A stretch of DNA of 64,000 nucleotides from Ptychomitrium polyphyllum. Taxonomy: Eukaryota. The stretch is taken from the NCBI GenBank assembly GCA_973851085.1, contig OZ316776.1:8060001-8124000 (forward strand), read 5' to 3'. Under the pieces are notes generated by a model. It was given only the letters and a program-made list of their open reading frames with translations. It had not been told where the DNA came from and did no database searches. The number at the start of each line of letters is the position of its first letter. The first letter of the stretch is position 1. Below, piece after piece: positions 51,201 to 63,507 of this stretch. The position numbers and the translations under genes are program-made.

Positions 51201-51750
51201 TTAACTTACTTAATAGGCTATGTAAAATTAAAGATAGGAACATTTGTATCATTTTAAGCTAAAAATTTGAAAGATCTTATTTTTATTCTTTTTGTTATAA
51301 TTATAATAATTATTATTTCGTATTCATTTAAAAATAAGGCACAACATCATATATATATACACATACATATATATATACATATATGTTTTAGGAGAAACAA
51401 AAAAAATCATTCCAAGGATTTTTCTCATTTCAAGCCAATTCTTATTAATCTAATATTGAAAAATTAGGTGTGAATAATTATAATATGGTTTTATTAACCA
51501 AAACACTATCTTTTCACATAATTAAAAACTAAAGTATTGATGAAATTAAGATCTCATCAAAAATTCCATTCACTGTTCATTTTTTCATATGAGGGTATTA
51601 TTTGATCAAATATCATTATTTAAAAAAATTGATCAACAATTTTGGATGTCTTTGATACCAAAAAGAAATTATGTAAATTGGTTTACTACTGCATATTTTT
51701 TATTACAGAAATTAGACTTAAATTTTTTAATTTGATTCACTGAGAACTAT
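48250..51750. other. Very AT-rich, CpG-depleted intergenic tract, probably ancient decayed TE DNA; similar tracts at about 3300-4700, 6200-7900, 16250-17700, 18650-20200, 20800-23800, 37450-39950, 52850-54250, 55300-56750 and 58350-60700
   Basis: Judged by eye: long A/T runs, almost no CG dinucleotides and only low-complexity F/I/L/K/N ORFs. A TE origin is inference. Confidence 0.5.
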
Positions 51751-54249
51751 GATCAATACAAGAGAACTGGAAATTCTGTTGACATGATGTTAACATATCC
51801 AATCAACACTGCAAACAAGGAGGTTCTTGATTCTATGAAAGACATGACCAACTTGTTCATGTCTAGTTGACAACTTGCAAGTAAACCAATTTCAACTCAC
51901 ATTGTATCTATTTTCTTGGGTGAGTTGATTTTTACAATCTAAAATGACAGGCCTGTGACAATCAAGACTCTCCTTTGAAGGATGAAATGCTTGCCATGCA
52001 TTACTCGTGTAATAAAAGGGACTGCAAGAGTACTCTTAATGCACGGTGGTCTAAAAAAACGAACTGTATTTCTACTGCGTCTTCTTCTCCCAGCAACATG
52101 GTTGAAATACTCTTGGTACACCAGTCAACATTTAAAAAGATCAAAAGCTGATAGTAATATATACCAACAAAGGAGTAACCTGCAACAGTAATCTGCCATT
52201 CTGTACCATTGCATACTCAACCAAGTTGCCAGTACGTCTTCCCTCCTAAGTGGGTCTCTCCAACCCACCAAGAAAATGATTTACACTGCTGAGTCTGCTG
52301 CACACAGTTCATCATGGATGACCATGTTATGGACTGTGTCACGATGTGACTTGCACCGGCATACAAAGCTTGATCAGCAACCATATCAATGTCAATGCAT
52401 GCTTTCAACTCAGTCAGCAACACAAAAGGGGAGAGTTTCATCACACCAGTTCATGATTTTTCTCAATCTTGTGAAGGACTGCAGGGTGGTCGCGATCAAC
52501 TTTGCACTGTCTTCGTTCAGTGCTCATAAAGATATTCTTCAATGGCTCTTCCAAGCTCTGGACTGTGGAGATGAGTGTGGACAGTATTGTAGCCACGTCT
52601 CTAAGTCTGGTCAAGCGTTTTCACTTTCCTTTTCCTGTGATGTAATATCACTGTCCATGCCAGATGCGTGAAGGTGTAGGGAGGATGTTTACACCTTTGT
52701 GTCGTCACATGAAACTGAATGAATATTGCCACCAGGGGACAGTGTAAGTTACTGGCCAGCCTAGTGCTGTAAGTGTGATCGAATCTTTGTCTTAGCTGTG
52801 GCAAGATTATCAGTATTTGTAGGAATGTAACTACGATAGCAGTGTAGTTTGTACTCGTACAAACATATATTGAGTTCCCAACCTTTTAATTCAATTGTTT
52901 CATGCATTATAAACTGTAATTGTCACACATTTAACTTCTAAAGGGCAATTGTCGCAGAACGAGGGGTTTAAGAATTTGGGTGAACTTCAATATAATGTTA
53001 TTGGCAAAGAAATTATTTACTACAGTTTTCTATTATTATGTAAACTTGTAGGTATTGTGCAATTGAATAGATTAAATTCAGGTTGAAACATAATTGTAGC
53101 ACATTCATAAGTATTATATAAATTTTAATTATGAATTTTTTCAATAAGTGACAAAGACACCGCTTAAATATTAGAAATTAGAAAAATCCAAAATATTAAT
53201 ATGATAGATTAAGATGTTCAAAATAAAAATAAAAACTATATACATATGTTTTGGAATCAAGTTAAATAAAGGACAATATTCAATGTCAAATTTTCAACAA
53301 ATTGCATTGTCACTCCAACAGTGTTTAAAGATAAAGTTATTTTTACTATATTTTCTATTTAATAATGATTTCTTTTGAAATTCAATAAATAAGTTTTTCC
53401 ATAGATTGGATTATAATGAAATTAAGCAAGTGCACTTATTCATGTTTAGAGTCTTATCTAAGAAACTTTTGGACTGGATGATCTCAATGTTATTGAAATA
53501 TAGAACAAAAATAAAATAATAAAATCACCTCAACTTAATATATACATCTTAGTTTTTTAGCAAATGCTATCTTACACTATTGTTGTTATATTATACATTA
53601 TGCATGTTCACATGCCTTAGCTCTTTAAAAACATATAAATCAAAAAAAATAAAATTAGAATATATTTGTGCTTCTTACTTTGTAATAAGATGATACAATT
53701 ATCAAATCGATTATTTTGTTACAGATTTATTGCTATATTATTGCTATATTGGCACTTATTTTCTTTTTTTTTGTATTACATACATTCATTTAAATTTCAT
53801 AAAATAAACATGTAACGACTTTAATTCCTAATGGCATTTTTCAATCCACTTTGGATTATTGCAAATCTTTGCTCTTCCATATCTTTGTTCCTCATATATT
53901 TCTGAATTGTGAAACATGTTTGAAGATGGTTCATCAATCAAGTTACTATCAGATAAATTAGATACTATCAGAATAAATAAGAATCTCACTAATAACACAA
54001 ATGTAAATGTACATGAAATTTTTGCCAAGCCATTTTTTGCATGAACTTTAATTCAAAGCAGGCCTTGCAGAATTAAAGCAGCACAAAAATCACCACATTA
54101 AGACTTATCACATCTCAATGTATTTCAACAAATTTACCAAGGTAATAATAATTTTTTATTTGTAATCTTATCTAGATGGAATTTTTAATTTAGGTTTCAA
54201 ATTTTGTAACAAAATATTAATGATAACACTGGTGGATCCTATCATATAA

Positions 54250-54307
54250 ATAGCACTTAAACATATTATTGGTGATAGCACTTAAACAAATTATTGGTGA
54301 TAGCACT
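54250..54307. repeat. 25-bp tandem repeat, 2.3 copies
   Basis: ATAGCACTTAAACATATTATTGGTG / ATAGCACTTAAACAAATTATTGGTG / ATAGCACT. Confidence 0.85.
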
Positions 54308-56770
54308 GGTGAGCTGTAAGCAGTTTTTGGAAGTGCTCACCAATATTCATAGACCAAGGGGGAAATAAGTTGCCATCAGGTATAAATTTACTTCCTAAAA
54401 AGTAACAGTGCTATTAGGACAGAATTGCCAGGGCTACTTTGTTTTCCAGTCGTGTTCTTGGTTTTATCTCCCACAAGAGAATTTTTTTGAAGAAATCAGT
54501 TCAAGGTAGAATACCAGGCCTGCTTTGTATTGGAAGCTACGCAGTCACATTGTTCTATTTCGTTTTAATAAAAGTAGAGCTTGTCTTTCTATGGAGCGTA
54601 TCTTCTACCATCAAAGTCTCAGCAATGCCAAAAGCAAAATGCAGTGAGGCACATTTTGATAGGGCAGAACAACCAGGAGGTGTGTCATCCCACGAAGCTG
54701 CAAGTGACACTGGGGAAACTTCTATCTTCTCTGCACTTGGTTGCAACGCAGTGAGTTGTCTTCTTCATGTTAGAGGATGACAGGGGCATTTCTGGAGTGT
54801 TTCCCCTAGTGTCTAGATGCATTGTGCACTAAACATGTTTATCAAAAATCAACCACAGGATTCTAAAGCATACAGGCTGGGTAACTGGAGCTCTGAATGG
54901 TCAGTGATGCTACCATGTTGATGTGAAGAATTTAACATGCTCATAAAAGTTTTTGACATGGACGTGACAACCTACAATACAGCTCTTCTTTCAGGGGGCC
55001 AATGAAACTATTTCTAAATCACTTGGTCTGGCACTTGGAAAGAGTAACAGCCAGCACTGTCCTTGATGGACCTGGGTTCTTTCAGCTCTTGATAGAAACT
55101 TTGCAAAATGGATGAACAAAGCAATCAAAGTTTATGAGAACAATACAGCCTAATAATTATAGATGTCGTGCACAAACTCCTCTTTATTCACCTTGATCAC
55201 AGACTAGTATTGGACAGTCCGATGCGCATCAAACTTAGATCATGCGAGTACACACCCAAGAGTCCAAAGACAATGGCAGAGACATGCTGCATTTAAATTA
55301 GCAGTATTACGCTACTTTCTCCAAATAGTCTCACCCATATTAACTTTTCCCTCCAGTCTAAAACTTTTTGCAATAAGTGGATATTTCTACCAAGAGTAAA
55401 AGCTATTGAAATTATTTGTGTTGGAGGATTTCTATAAACATGTTTGGTAAAAATATTCATATTGAGTAAAAAACTATAGAGTTTGAAAATCATTAGTATA
55501 AAAGGCACTATTAGGAAAAAGTAGCCGAACTCAAATTCATATGATTGTTGTATAACATTATATTTTTTCAAAGAAATTTACTTTATCCAATTGCAATAGG
55601 ATTTTGAGAGAAATAAGATGTCGCAATATAACATCCTTTAGCAATACCAAAATGGAGTGTTAGATGTTGAATTTTAAGTTCTGACAAAATGATGACAAAA
55701 TTATTATTTCATGAATTTACAAAAAGTTTTAAAAATTAAGTGAACCAATCAAACATTACTTCTTATTTTCCAATTTGACTTCAAGTTTTTATATTTTATG
55801 GATTTTTGAAATAAACAAAATTTAAATATTATAATCTTCAACATGATGAAATGTTCAATCTAAATATGTAAAGAATTTCAAAGTTATATAATATAAAGAA
55901 AACTATGAAATGATGCTATTACATTTCTTTTGTAATTTTTCAGAAGCTTAAGTATTTATTCTATATCTCCAAATATATCATAGGATCAATTTAAATGATT
56001 TATTGGAAAAATATTATATTTTAAGAGTTTACAAAGTATTAGATGCCAACAAATGCTAGGTTGACTTAAATCATGGACAACACCATAGTAAAACAATTAA
56101 GGTAGTCAAACTTGGTTATTGTCAAAAACAAACACACACTATTATCCATATTAAATCTTGCTCATAAGAAAACTAAATTCAACATTTTTTTTAATGTATT
56201 ATTTACACTCCATATGAAAACGTTATGAGTGTTCCAAATTAAGAATCTTAGAATTCCACCTCCTTTAATTTTTAATTTAGGTAAACTATAGGTTTACTAA
56301 AGAATATAATGAAAACAAGATGATGGAAGCAAATATAAGCTGCACATGAATTTATGGAATAGGATTGTGCTATAGCTACTATATCATTATATTTATTATA
56401 ATGGAAAAATTCCAAAGTTCCAAAGTAATCTCAAAGATGAAATAGATTTAAAAGACATTAAACTTGTTAAAGATGATTATCATGTTTTTGACATCATATA
56501 GCAAGTTTCTTGCCAATAGATGAACCATGATAATCCAAAGTCACTGAATTTAAATTCAAATAGTTTATAAAATATGCAATTTAGCTTGATTTGAGTTAAA
56601 TTAATACAAATTATTATAGTCCCAAAATTATTGTTTTGTCCCATTATAATGAATATTGTGATTACACTAATTCAAGCTGTAATCTCCATCATTATGAAAT
56701 CTTTCAAAATTCTTGAGCAGCAATGATCGTTGATCCAAAGTGTGGGGGTCAAATAGTGGTGTGGTCCAAA

Positions 56771-57894
56771 TTACGTGATAAATGTCACCCCGTGGAGGTC
56801 TTCCTTCTGCCCAACGCAACTCAAATTTGCTTGGCATGAGACTAGAGATACCTTCTTCTCAATTGTGGTTTTTATCTTTGCTGATCCCTTTCCTCTTTGC
56901 AGGAGATTCAACCCCCTGATGCTTATAACACCAAGTTGCAAGTCAATCATGCCATGCAAAGGTTCCATCTTCGTGGTAACAGGTTTTGCTTCCTCGTCTG
57001 CCCAAATCCCCTTCGGAATGCTGTGCAAACTTCGTCGTTCTTGGTGTCCAACTCTCGCCGCAAAGGTTCTTGACGCTTTTCAGCACTTCGACGTAGCGGC
57101 ACACCGTACTCAACTTGGTTCCAAGCCCTAAGCTTCTCAAATGACGCTGCGTCTTTCTTCTTTAGCAGCGCCTACACGATAGCGGCTGTGCCAGACAACT
57201 CTCTGTCGACTGTACTAAAGTATTCTTGCCACTCGCCCACGAATTTGTGCTCCCAAACATTGCTCAACCGTCTGTTGGTGCTTTTCACTGTTGTCTCAGA
57301 AACCCTGTCTAGTGCTGCAGGTGGTTCTCTTATCATATGCACCACTGTATTACGCCTCACCTCCCGCACCTTCCCAAGCCGTCGCTAGACTCGTACCGTT
57401 CAAATTCTTCTCATTCATACAATTGAGCCTCAACTCCGCAAAAGTAGCCCAGTTTACTTCTCTCCTTCAACTTCTGGTACACATGCCCCCGAGCCTCAGG
57501 TCTACTTATGATTCGTGAATTCGGAAGGCCGATTCTCTGGTGGCAAATCATCCACATTCTTGATCAAACCATCACCTTCCGAGTGGCAGTATCTAGAGCC
57601 ATTCCTATTGATCAGCAGACCAAAACATTTCTCCACGTCTGCCTTCTCCAGATGCATACTTATCTTCGGCCATTATGGACTCAAGCCTGACCTGCAGATT
57701 CCATACTTCTTCACAAAAACCAAATGTGCGACAGAATTAACTCTCTCAAAGATGATGTCAGGTTGCTCGGCATACAAAGGAACAACGTACAAAGACCTAT
57801 ATGCTCCCTCTACCTCCACTGACCCCAACGCCAATCTCTCCTCCCCATCATCCACAAACTCCTCGTTCAGCTCTACGATATTCATCTCTGCCAT
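56771..57894 (-). pseudogene. Intronless disrupted gene: acidic N-terminus, WMxxHQR...ARG...VNWAxFAE region, then a coiled-coil-like tail
   Basis: ATG at 57894 gives MAEMNIVELNEEFVDDGEERLALG...GLSP*WPKISMHLEKADVEKCFGLLINRNGSRY. A frameshift gives MWMICHQRIGLPNSRIISRPEARGHV (from 57557) and another gives EVNWATFAEL (57460-57431). Later segments read EWQEYFSTVDRELSGTAAIV*ALLKKKDAASFEKLRAWNQ..KRQEPLRRELDTKNDE. Coding-like composition spans 1.1 kb between AT-rich flanks. Confidence 0.7.
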
Positions 57895-59109
57895 TTTCTT
57901 GGCGTACGACAAAAGCTCCCACTATACTAAAACGCAAACAAATGTTCCAGTGAAGACTGATAGTCACAACATAATTTCAAGCAACCCTAAAAACGATCCA
58001 GGAACGAGGCATGAACACGTGAATGAGACGAGAACGCAAGCATTAGATCGTCGCCGTCCATCTCAGGGCCTTCTCGCATGGACGGCTGCCCTCCCAATCC
58101 TGCGCAACCGCATTCAAATATCTGGCGCCAACGTTCGTAGGTGAAAGTTGAATGTCCTGTGAGTATGGATGAAATGACGCGGACAAGCATGGGCTTTAGA
58201 CAGTCCAAACCGGGCACGCACCCACATGCAGCATAGGAACTTCATTGGAACAGAAAGTTCCCTTTCGCATTGCATGGCAGTCGAGACCTGCGCGTGGCAC
58301 GGAGGTCCTCCAAGTTTGAGATCTTTTAAGATAGTATATATAATTAAAGAGCACGTACCTCTCTTTTAAACCCTCTTAAAAAATTTCAAGATTGCTATGA
58401 ATGTAAAATATGTTTTTCAAACGATGATTGCTATGAAAGTAAAATGTTCTTTTCAAAAGCATTATCTTTTGATTTTGTTCTCTATTCAATAATTGAAGTA
58501 GGTATTTGTTTTGGACACTTAAAATGTTTATATAGAAAAAACACTATAATACAATAGGTTACATAAATTTAGCATTTTAAATCTCAAGTACCATTATTTA
58601 AAAACATAAAGAATCAATATGTGTAGAAGGGTGTACTCAAGCTAGAAACATCAAACAATGCACTAATATATGACATATTACAAAAATTTACAGGTTTTAT
58701 AATTCATTACAATTCAACAAAGTAAATTTTTTTATTATTTATTTAAAAAATATTAGTACTATTTCTAATAATTTATGATGTATATATTGTAGATTCTATA
58801 CTTAATAAAGAATTTAATATTGCATTAGTGATATAATTTAGTAAATAAAATAAACTAAATATTGCTTCTAAAAGTTGAAAAAGTGAAATAAGACAAACAA
58901 GTTTTTAAAACAAATTTGTATAACAATCCAATGTGTAGACTATTAAAGTTTCATCCTCAAAGCTAATTCAAATTATAATATAAACTTTTTTTTAAACAAA
59001 TGTGTTTATCATTTATTGTTTTGTTAATAGAGTCACATGTAGATTTGAAAGGATGTGTGAATTTTATAATTGTGAATCAATCCAAAGAAAAATGCTTAAT
59101 AGACGTATG

Positions 59110-59218
<109 letters not shown>

Positions 59219-59829
59219 ATAGCTAAACTTAAGCCACTTTTGCTTTATAATTCATTTTGAATGTTTCTGAATACCTTGTTTTTTTCCAATTTTGCTAAAG
59301 TTTTTAATTATTGTGCATTAAATAAATCAACACTTATTTAATGCAATGATCTTTGTTAAGTCTTACTTTCTAAGACATTACATATTAAACACAACCAAAA
59401 TATTAATGTCCATTTGTAAATTTAGATGTATCTAAAATAAATTTTAATCCAATTTCACTACAAACTACTAGGCATTATACATTATTTATTTATACATGTA
59501 ATTTTTTATATATTCTTATTTCTATTTTCACCGGAATAAGGTATTTATTTGAATACTATTACATGCTTTTATATTATATAATAAATAATATTTTTAATAA
59601 TTCGTTTTAAAGATTACATAAATTAAATGGACCTTCTATTAAAATAAATTTCTTAATTTTCACAATTTTATAAGCTTCTACTTGGTTACATTCTTCAAAA
59701 CTCCTTTAAACAAACATAATCTCAAAGTCATCCAAATAAATACTCTTATAGTATACTCTCTACCAATTTGATTCTTACTTTGTTTAATTGTTTATTTCAT
59801 AAGTATATCATCATATTTATAGCTTTTAC

Positions 59830-59900
59830 ATACATGTCCAATACATGTCCAATACATGTCCAATACATGTCCAATACATTTCCAATACATCACAATACAT
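59830..59900. repeat. 11-bp tandem repeat
   Basis: Four perfect copies of ATACATGTCCA, then ATACATTTCCA, ATACATCACA and ATACAT, decaying to the right. Confidence 0.92.
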
Positions 59901-60744
59901 TCAACAAAATACATTAAATCAATTTGACTTTACAATCAAATAAAAATTCAATACAAATTCAAGCAATTAAAACTTTACAACCACTTATAAGATTTGTAAG
60001 CTTCTATTCACCTTATACCTTTAATTAAGGTATAAACTTTAAAAAACTAAAAATTGTTTTGCTAAAACACACACTTTTTCATATTAATGTGGTAAAAATG
60101 ATTTATAGAGAAGACTATTCATAGCATTAAGATGATAAGCTATAACTTTTTCCAAAAGTTTTAAAAAATCTAACTTCTTTTTAACAAAAGGAGTATTTTA
60201 ATTGAAACTATAGAATTTTAAATATTCATTATTACATATTTTTACTACTTTTTATTCTCAACTATTAAAATGCAAATTCTAACTCTATCTTTTTAATCTA
60301 TAGTTGTTGTCTTTTATAAATTGATAGATGTTATTTTGTTTGCGTATTGTAGACTGGATATAGAAATATGAAGTATAGTTCCAAAGTTTTAGACTACATC
60401 ATAGATAAATGATGTAGTAATTTATAGGTTATTTGTAAATTGTGAATAGATGATATGATCATTTCTTAGTAATTTTAATTGTAAATGGTTGTGTATAACA
60501 ACTCAATTTCTAAGTTATATGGTATTTGAGAAAAATGCAAACTTTAAGGTACAAAACCCCCATGTAAAGAAGATACAAGTTAGCCCTATTTGTAGTTATA
60601 AATGTCCACCTACAATCTACTTATTTTCATTACAAACACAAATGAATATTTTAATACATGATCCTAATAAATACATGAAATCATCTGATCATCTAATCAT
60701 CACCATGACGAAGTAGTAACCACAAAGCAAGCTCTTTGCAATAC

Positions 60745-60920
60745 AACCAGGTTAAAACACTGTGCACATTAAGACCCGGCAGGGACATACCTGCTGGCGA
60801 AGATGTTTTGTGATTATGGTTCATCTGGTTCCATAAAGATCTGTTTTATACAAAGTAAAAGCGTTTTGTAAGTATAACAGCATCCGGGCAGGAGTTCGCG
60901 TCAGTGCACGGTGCCTGGTT
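60745..60920 (+). ncRNA. Candidate structured RNA or foldback element (multi-branch), family unrecognised
   Basis: A 17-bp closing helix (60745-60751/60914-60920 and 60758-60767/60904-60913) encloses three hairpins. All non-Watson-Crick pairs are G-U on the + strand. There is no expression evidence. Confidence 0.35.
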
Positions 60921-63507
60921 CGGTGTAAGTATGTGGGGGCCCATTGGCCTTCGTACCTGGCTTTGTCAGTTCATATATTCATGATAAGGGGATGACATTG
61001 TTAGAACAGCAGCCCTCTCCCACCACTGGGCAGCCAGTGACAAACTCACAAACCCTCACACTTGACCTTTCAGAGTCAAGTATCTAGTCTACATTCCCTC
61101 TACTATTGAAACTAGCTCTGCAGCTGATTTCTCTTGAAGAATTCCACGTTCAAGTTAATAGCTTCCAGTACTACATTCTCAAGACTGGAATCAGTTCATT
61201 TCATTTTAGACTCTGGCTGATCAGCTCTAAACCTTTCACTTTCCGGTAGTATACTTCCCGACTTCCTCTTCAATTTGAAAAAGTGAGGTGAGGTCAGAAC
61301 TCATTCGCCGTGAGTTTATTGGAAATCTCAACAATATTCTTCACTCCCAATAGCCAAGGTGTATGATCAGTTTATTTTCGGAAAACTGATTAAAACGGGA
61401 CCAACTAATCGGTTAGCGGAAAAGAAAAGAAACGAAACGAAAAGAAATTCTCGGTTCATATCTTGTTGGCACTCACGCAGAACTCGTGGACAGGGAGCGA
61501 GGATACTATTTGCTCTGAGGCCTGTAAACTTCCGTGGGTAATTCTGGATCTGAAGTTCTGAACCAGTGTACAAAAGTTTCATTCAACCGTTTGGAAGATC
61601 TCACTAAAATTGTGGTTCCCATTTTTTAAACGAAATATTCAGATCCGTTATTCATAAGCTATATTCATGAAAGAAAGGTGTATAAAGGAAAATTTCCATC
61701 ACGTCATTACTCTAAGCATGGTGATTAGTGTTACGAATTTAAATATCTTTGCAAAATACTAAATGTAAACAACCATAGATGTGTGACCAATGCTAATTGT
61801 CAATAAAATTTTGATGAAAACAACAAGGCAATCCAATAAGGCAATCCATAGACAGAATTTCAAAAATGAATAATAAAATAATACATTTTTCATCCAGACT
61901 AGTTTTCAACCTTTGAATAATTGTAAGAACTTGACGGCTTAAATGACAAAACAAGAACAACAACCCTTATGAGTCATCCCGAACGCAGCGTCTTCTCAAA
62001 CACCTTTTTCACTGCTACACTAATTAAGATGATGAGTATACCTGTCATTTAACGGCAGTATCACGCCACCCATATTTAATCCCGACGCCGAATGCAGGTT
62101 CACTGTAAATGGTTCATGTACTCATACCTTATCTACTGCTATAGAGTACTACATGGATATCAAAAATCAATCAATCGGTAATAGGTGCTTTTGACCTTTT
62201 CGACTTTAGCGGTGCCATTTTCGGGGATTTTTTATAAAAGCGCAGTCATCAAAATAGTTGTTTTAGAACATTTGCAGTATAATGCAGATGACCTCACATT
62301 CCAAGGTGTTGTAGGCTTGACAAGAAGACAGTTTTAACCACTTCGTAAATTGTGAGTCGTGCTTAAATGCACAAAAGTCCTACTTTATAGGAATTGCAAA
62401 GCTGGGGAAGTAGGACCACAATGCCGAAGTCACATGGGAGCCACAAAAAGACAGGCATGTAGGAGGAGAATATGGTTGAGTTATGAATCAGAGGTCCTAA
62501 TGTGACGGACATCGCCATGAAGAACACACAATTCTCAGAAGTCTCATGGGTCAGGGCAGGGAAATCATCAATTGCACTACGAGGATGTTGCTAAATAAAT
62601 ACAAGGAAGTCAACCAACTACTCCTTGATCGTTGAAGTGAGACCAACTGTTGTACACATAATCTGTTAAGCGTCCAGCTACACAACCCTTACATAAAAAC
62701 GTAAGACATAACTAATGGGAAGTTCTACACCAAGGTTGGAGGCTCTTCATACACTATCTACTTGTTGCGCTTCGCTGGAGTGAAGCGCTTCGCATAAGTG
62801 GAATCGCACTATTAACCACTCTAAGACGACAGTATTAGTAGGTGTTGGGACCTCCTATATACAAGACATGGTTACTAAACCGAAATTTCAATCTCTCAGG
62901 TGATGTACAGCACTTGGCTCCCGAGACTGAACTACGGTAATCTCCAAGCCTCTCCATTTTTGATTCGAAACAAGACCGCTTCACAGTGGAGGCAACACGT
63001 GCTCCGAAGCCGAGTACACAGAAACTATTTGCTCACGTGCTCAACCACAGCTTGCAAAACCTAAGTGTACGAGTCATCTGCCATTCAATATTGAAATGAC
63101 TGGTCAACCCCATCAATCAAGGCTAGTGACTACCTCGATCAACCCTCCAGTGCCTCCGCAAATGTAGTACAAGCTCCCCACCTCACGTAGCTCACTCTTC
63201 AGAACTGAAAAGCTAATCCCCATACCCAGGTCAGTGAATGAGTAACCCCTACAAGAGAGAACGAATGCTAAGGTATAAGGGGGCAGAAAGGTGTGCATCA
63301 AGGGAGAAGAAGATGATACAGCAGTAAGTTCAGGGCAAGATCCAAGAAGGAGCACGACTTCCAAATGAGTCCTTGGGTACAAGATGGTACTCTCGAATAT
63401 GGTTTACTTGAATTGGACAACCAGTAAATATTCTCCCTCATGAACAGTAAATCACTCATCTGCACACAACCCCCCTGTACCCCGTTTAAAACTATAAACA
63501 GGATCTC

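Noticed and set aside
52520..52600. RGY..H..P.L.RAI..YL similarity to the C-terminus of the FemAB-like DUF482 family
   Set aside because: It needs a gap, upstream family motifs are absent and other frames look equally protein-like.
57515..58144. 209-aa + strand ORF
   Set aside because: It is the antisense shadow of the - strand pseudogene, and its S/T/F-rich composition mirrors the E/D/K codons there.
60776..60800. CAGGGACATACCTGC similar to the TPP riboswitch P5 hairpin
   Set aside because: The conserved CTGAGA and GAACCTGA elements are missing and no thiamine gene is adjacent.
63113..63382. 89-aa - strand ORF
   Set aside because: It has a non-ATG start, lies within the presumed 3' UTR and has no motif.
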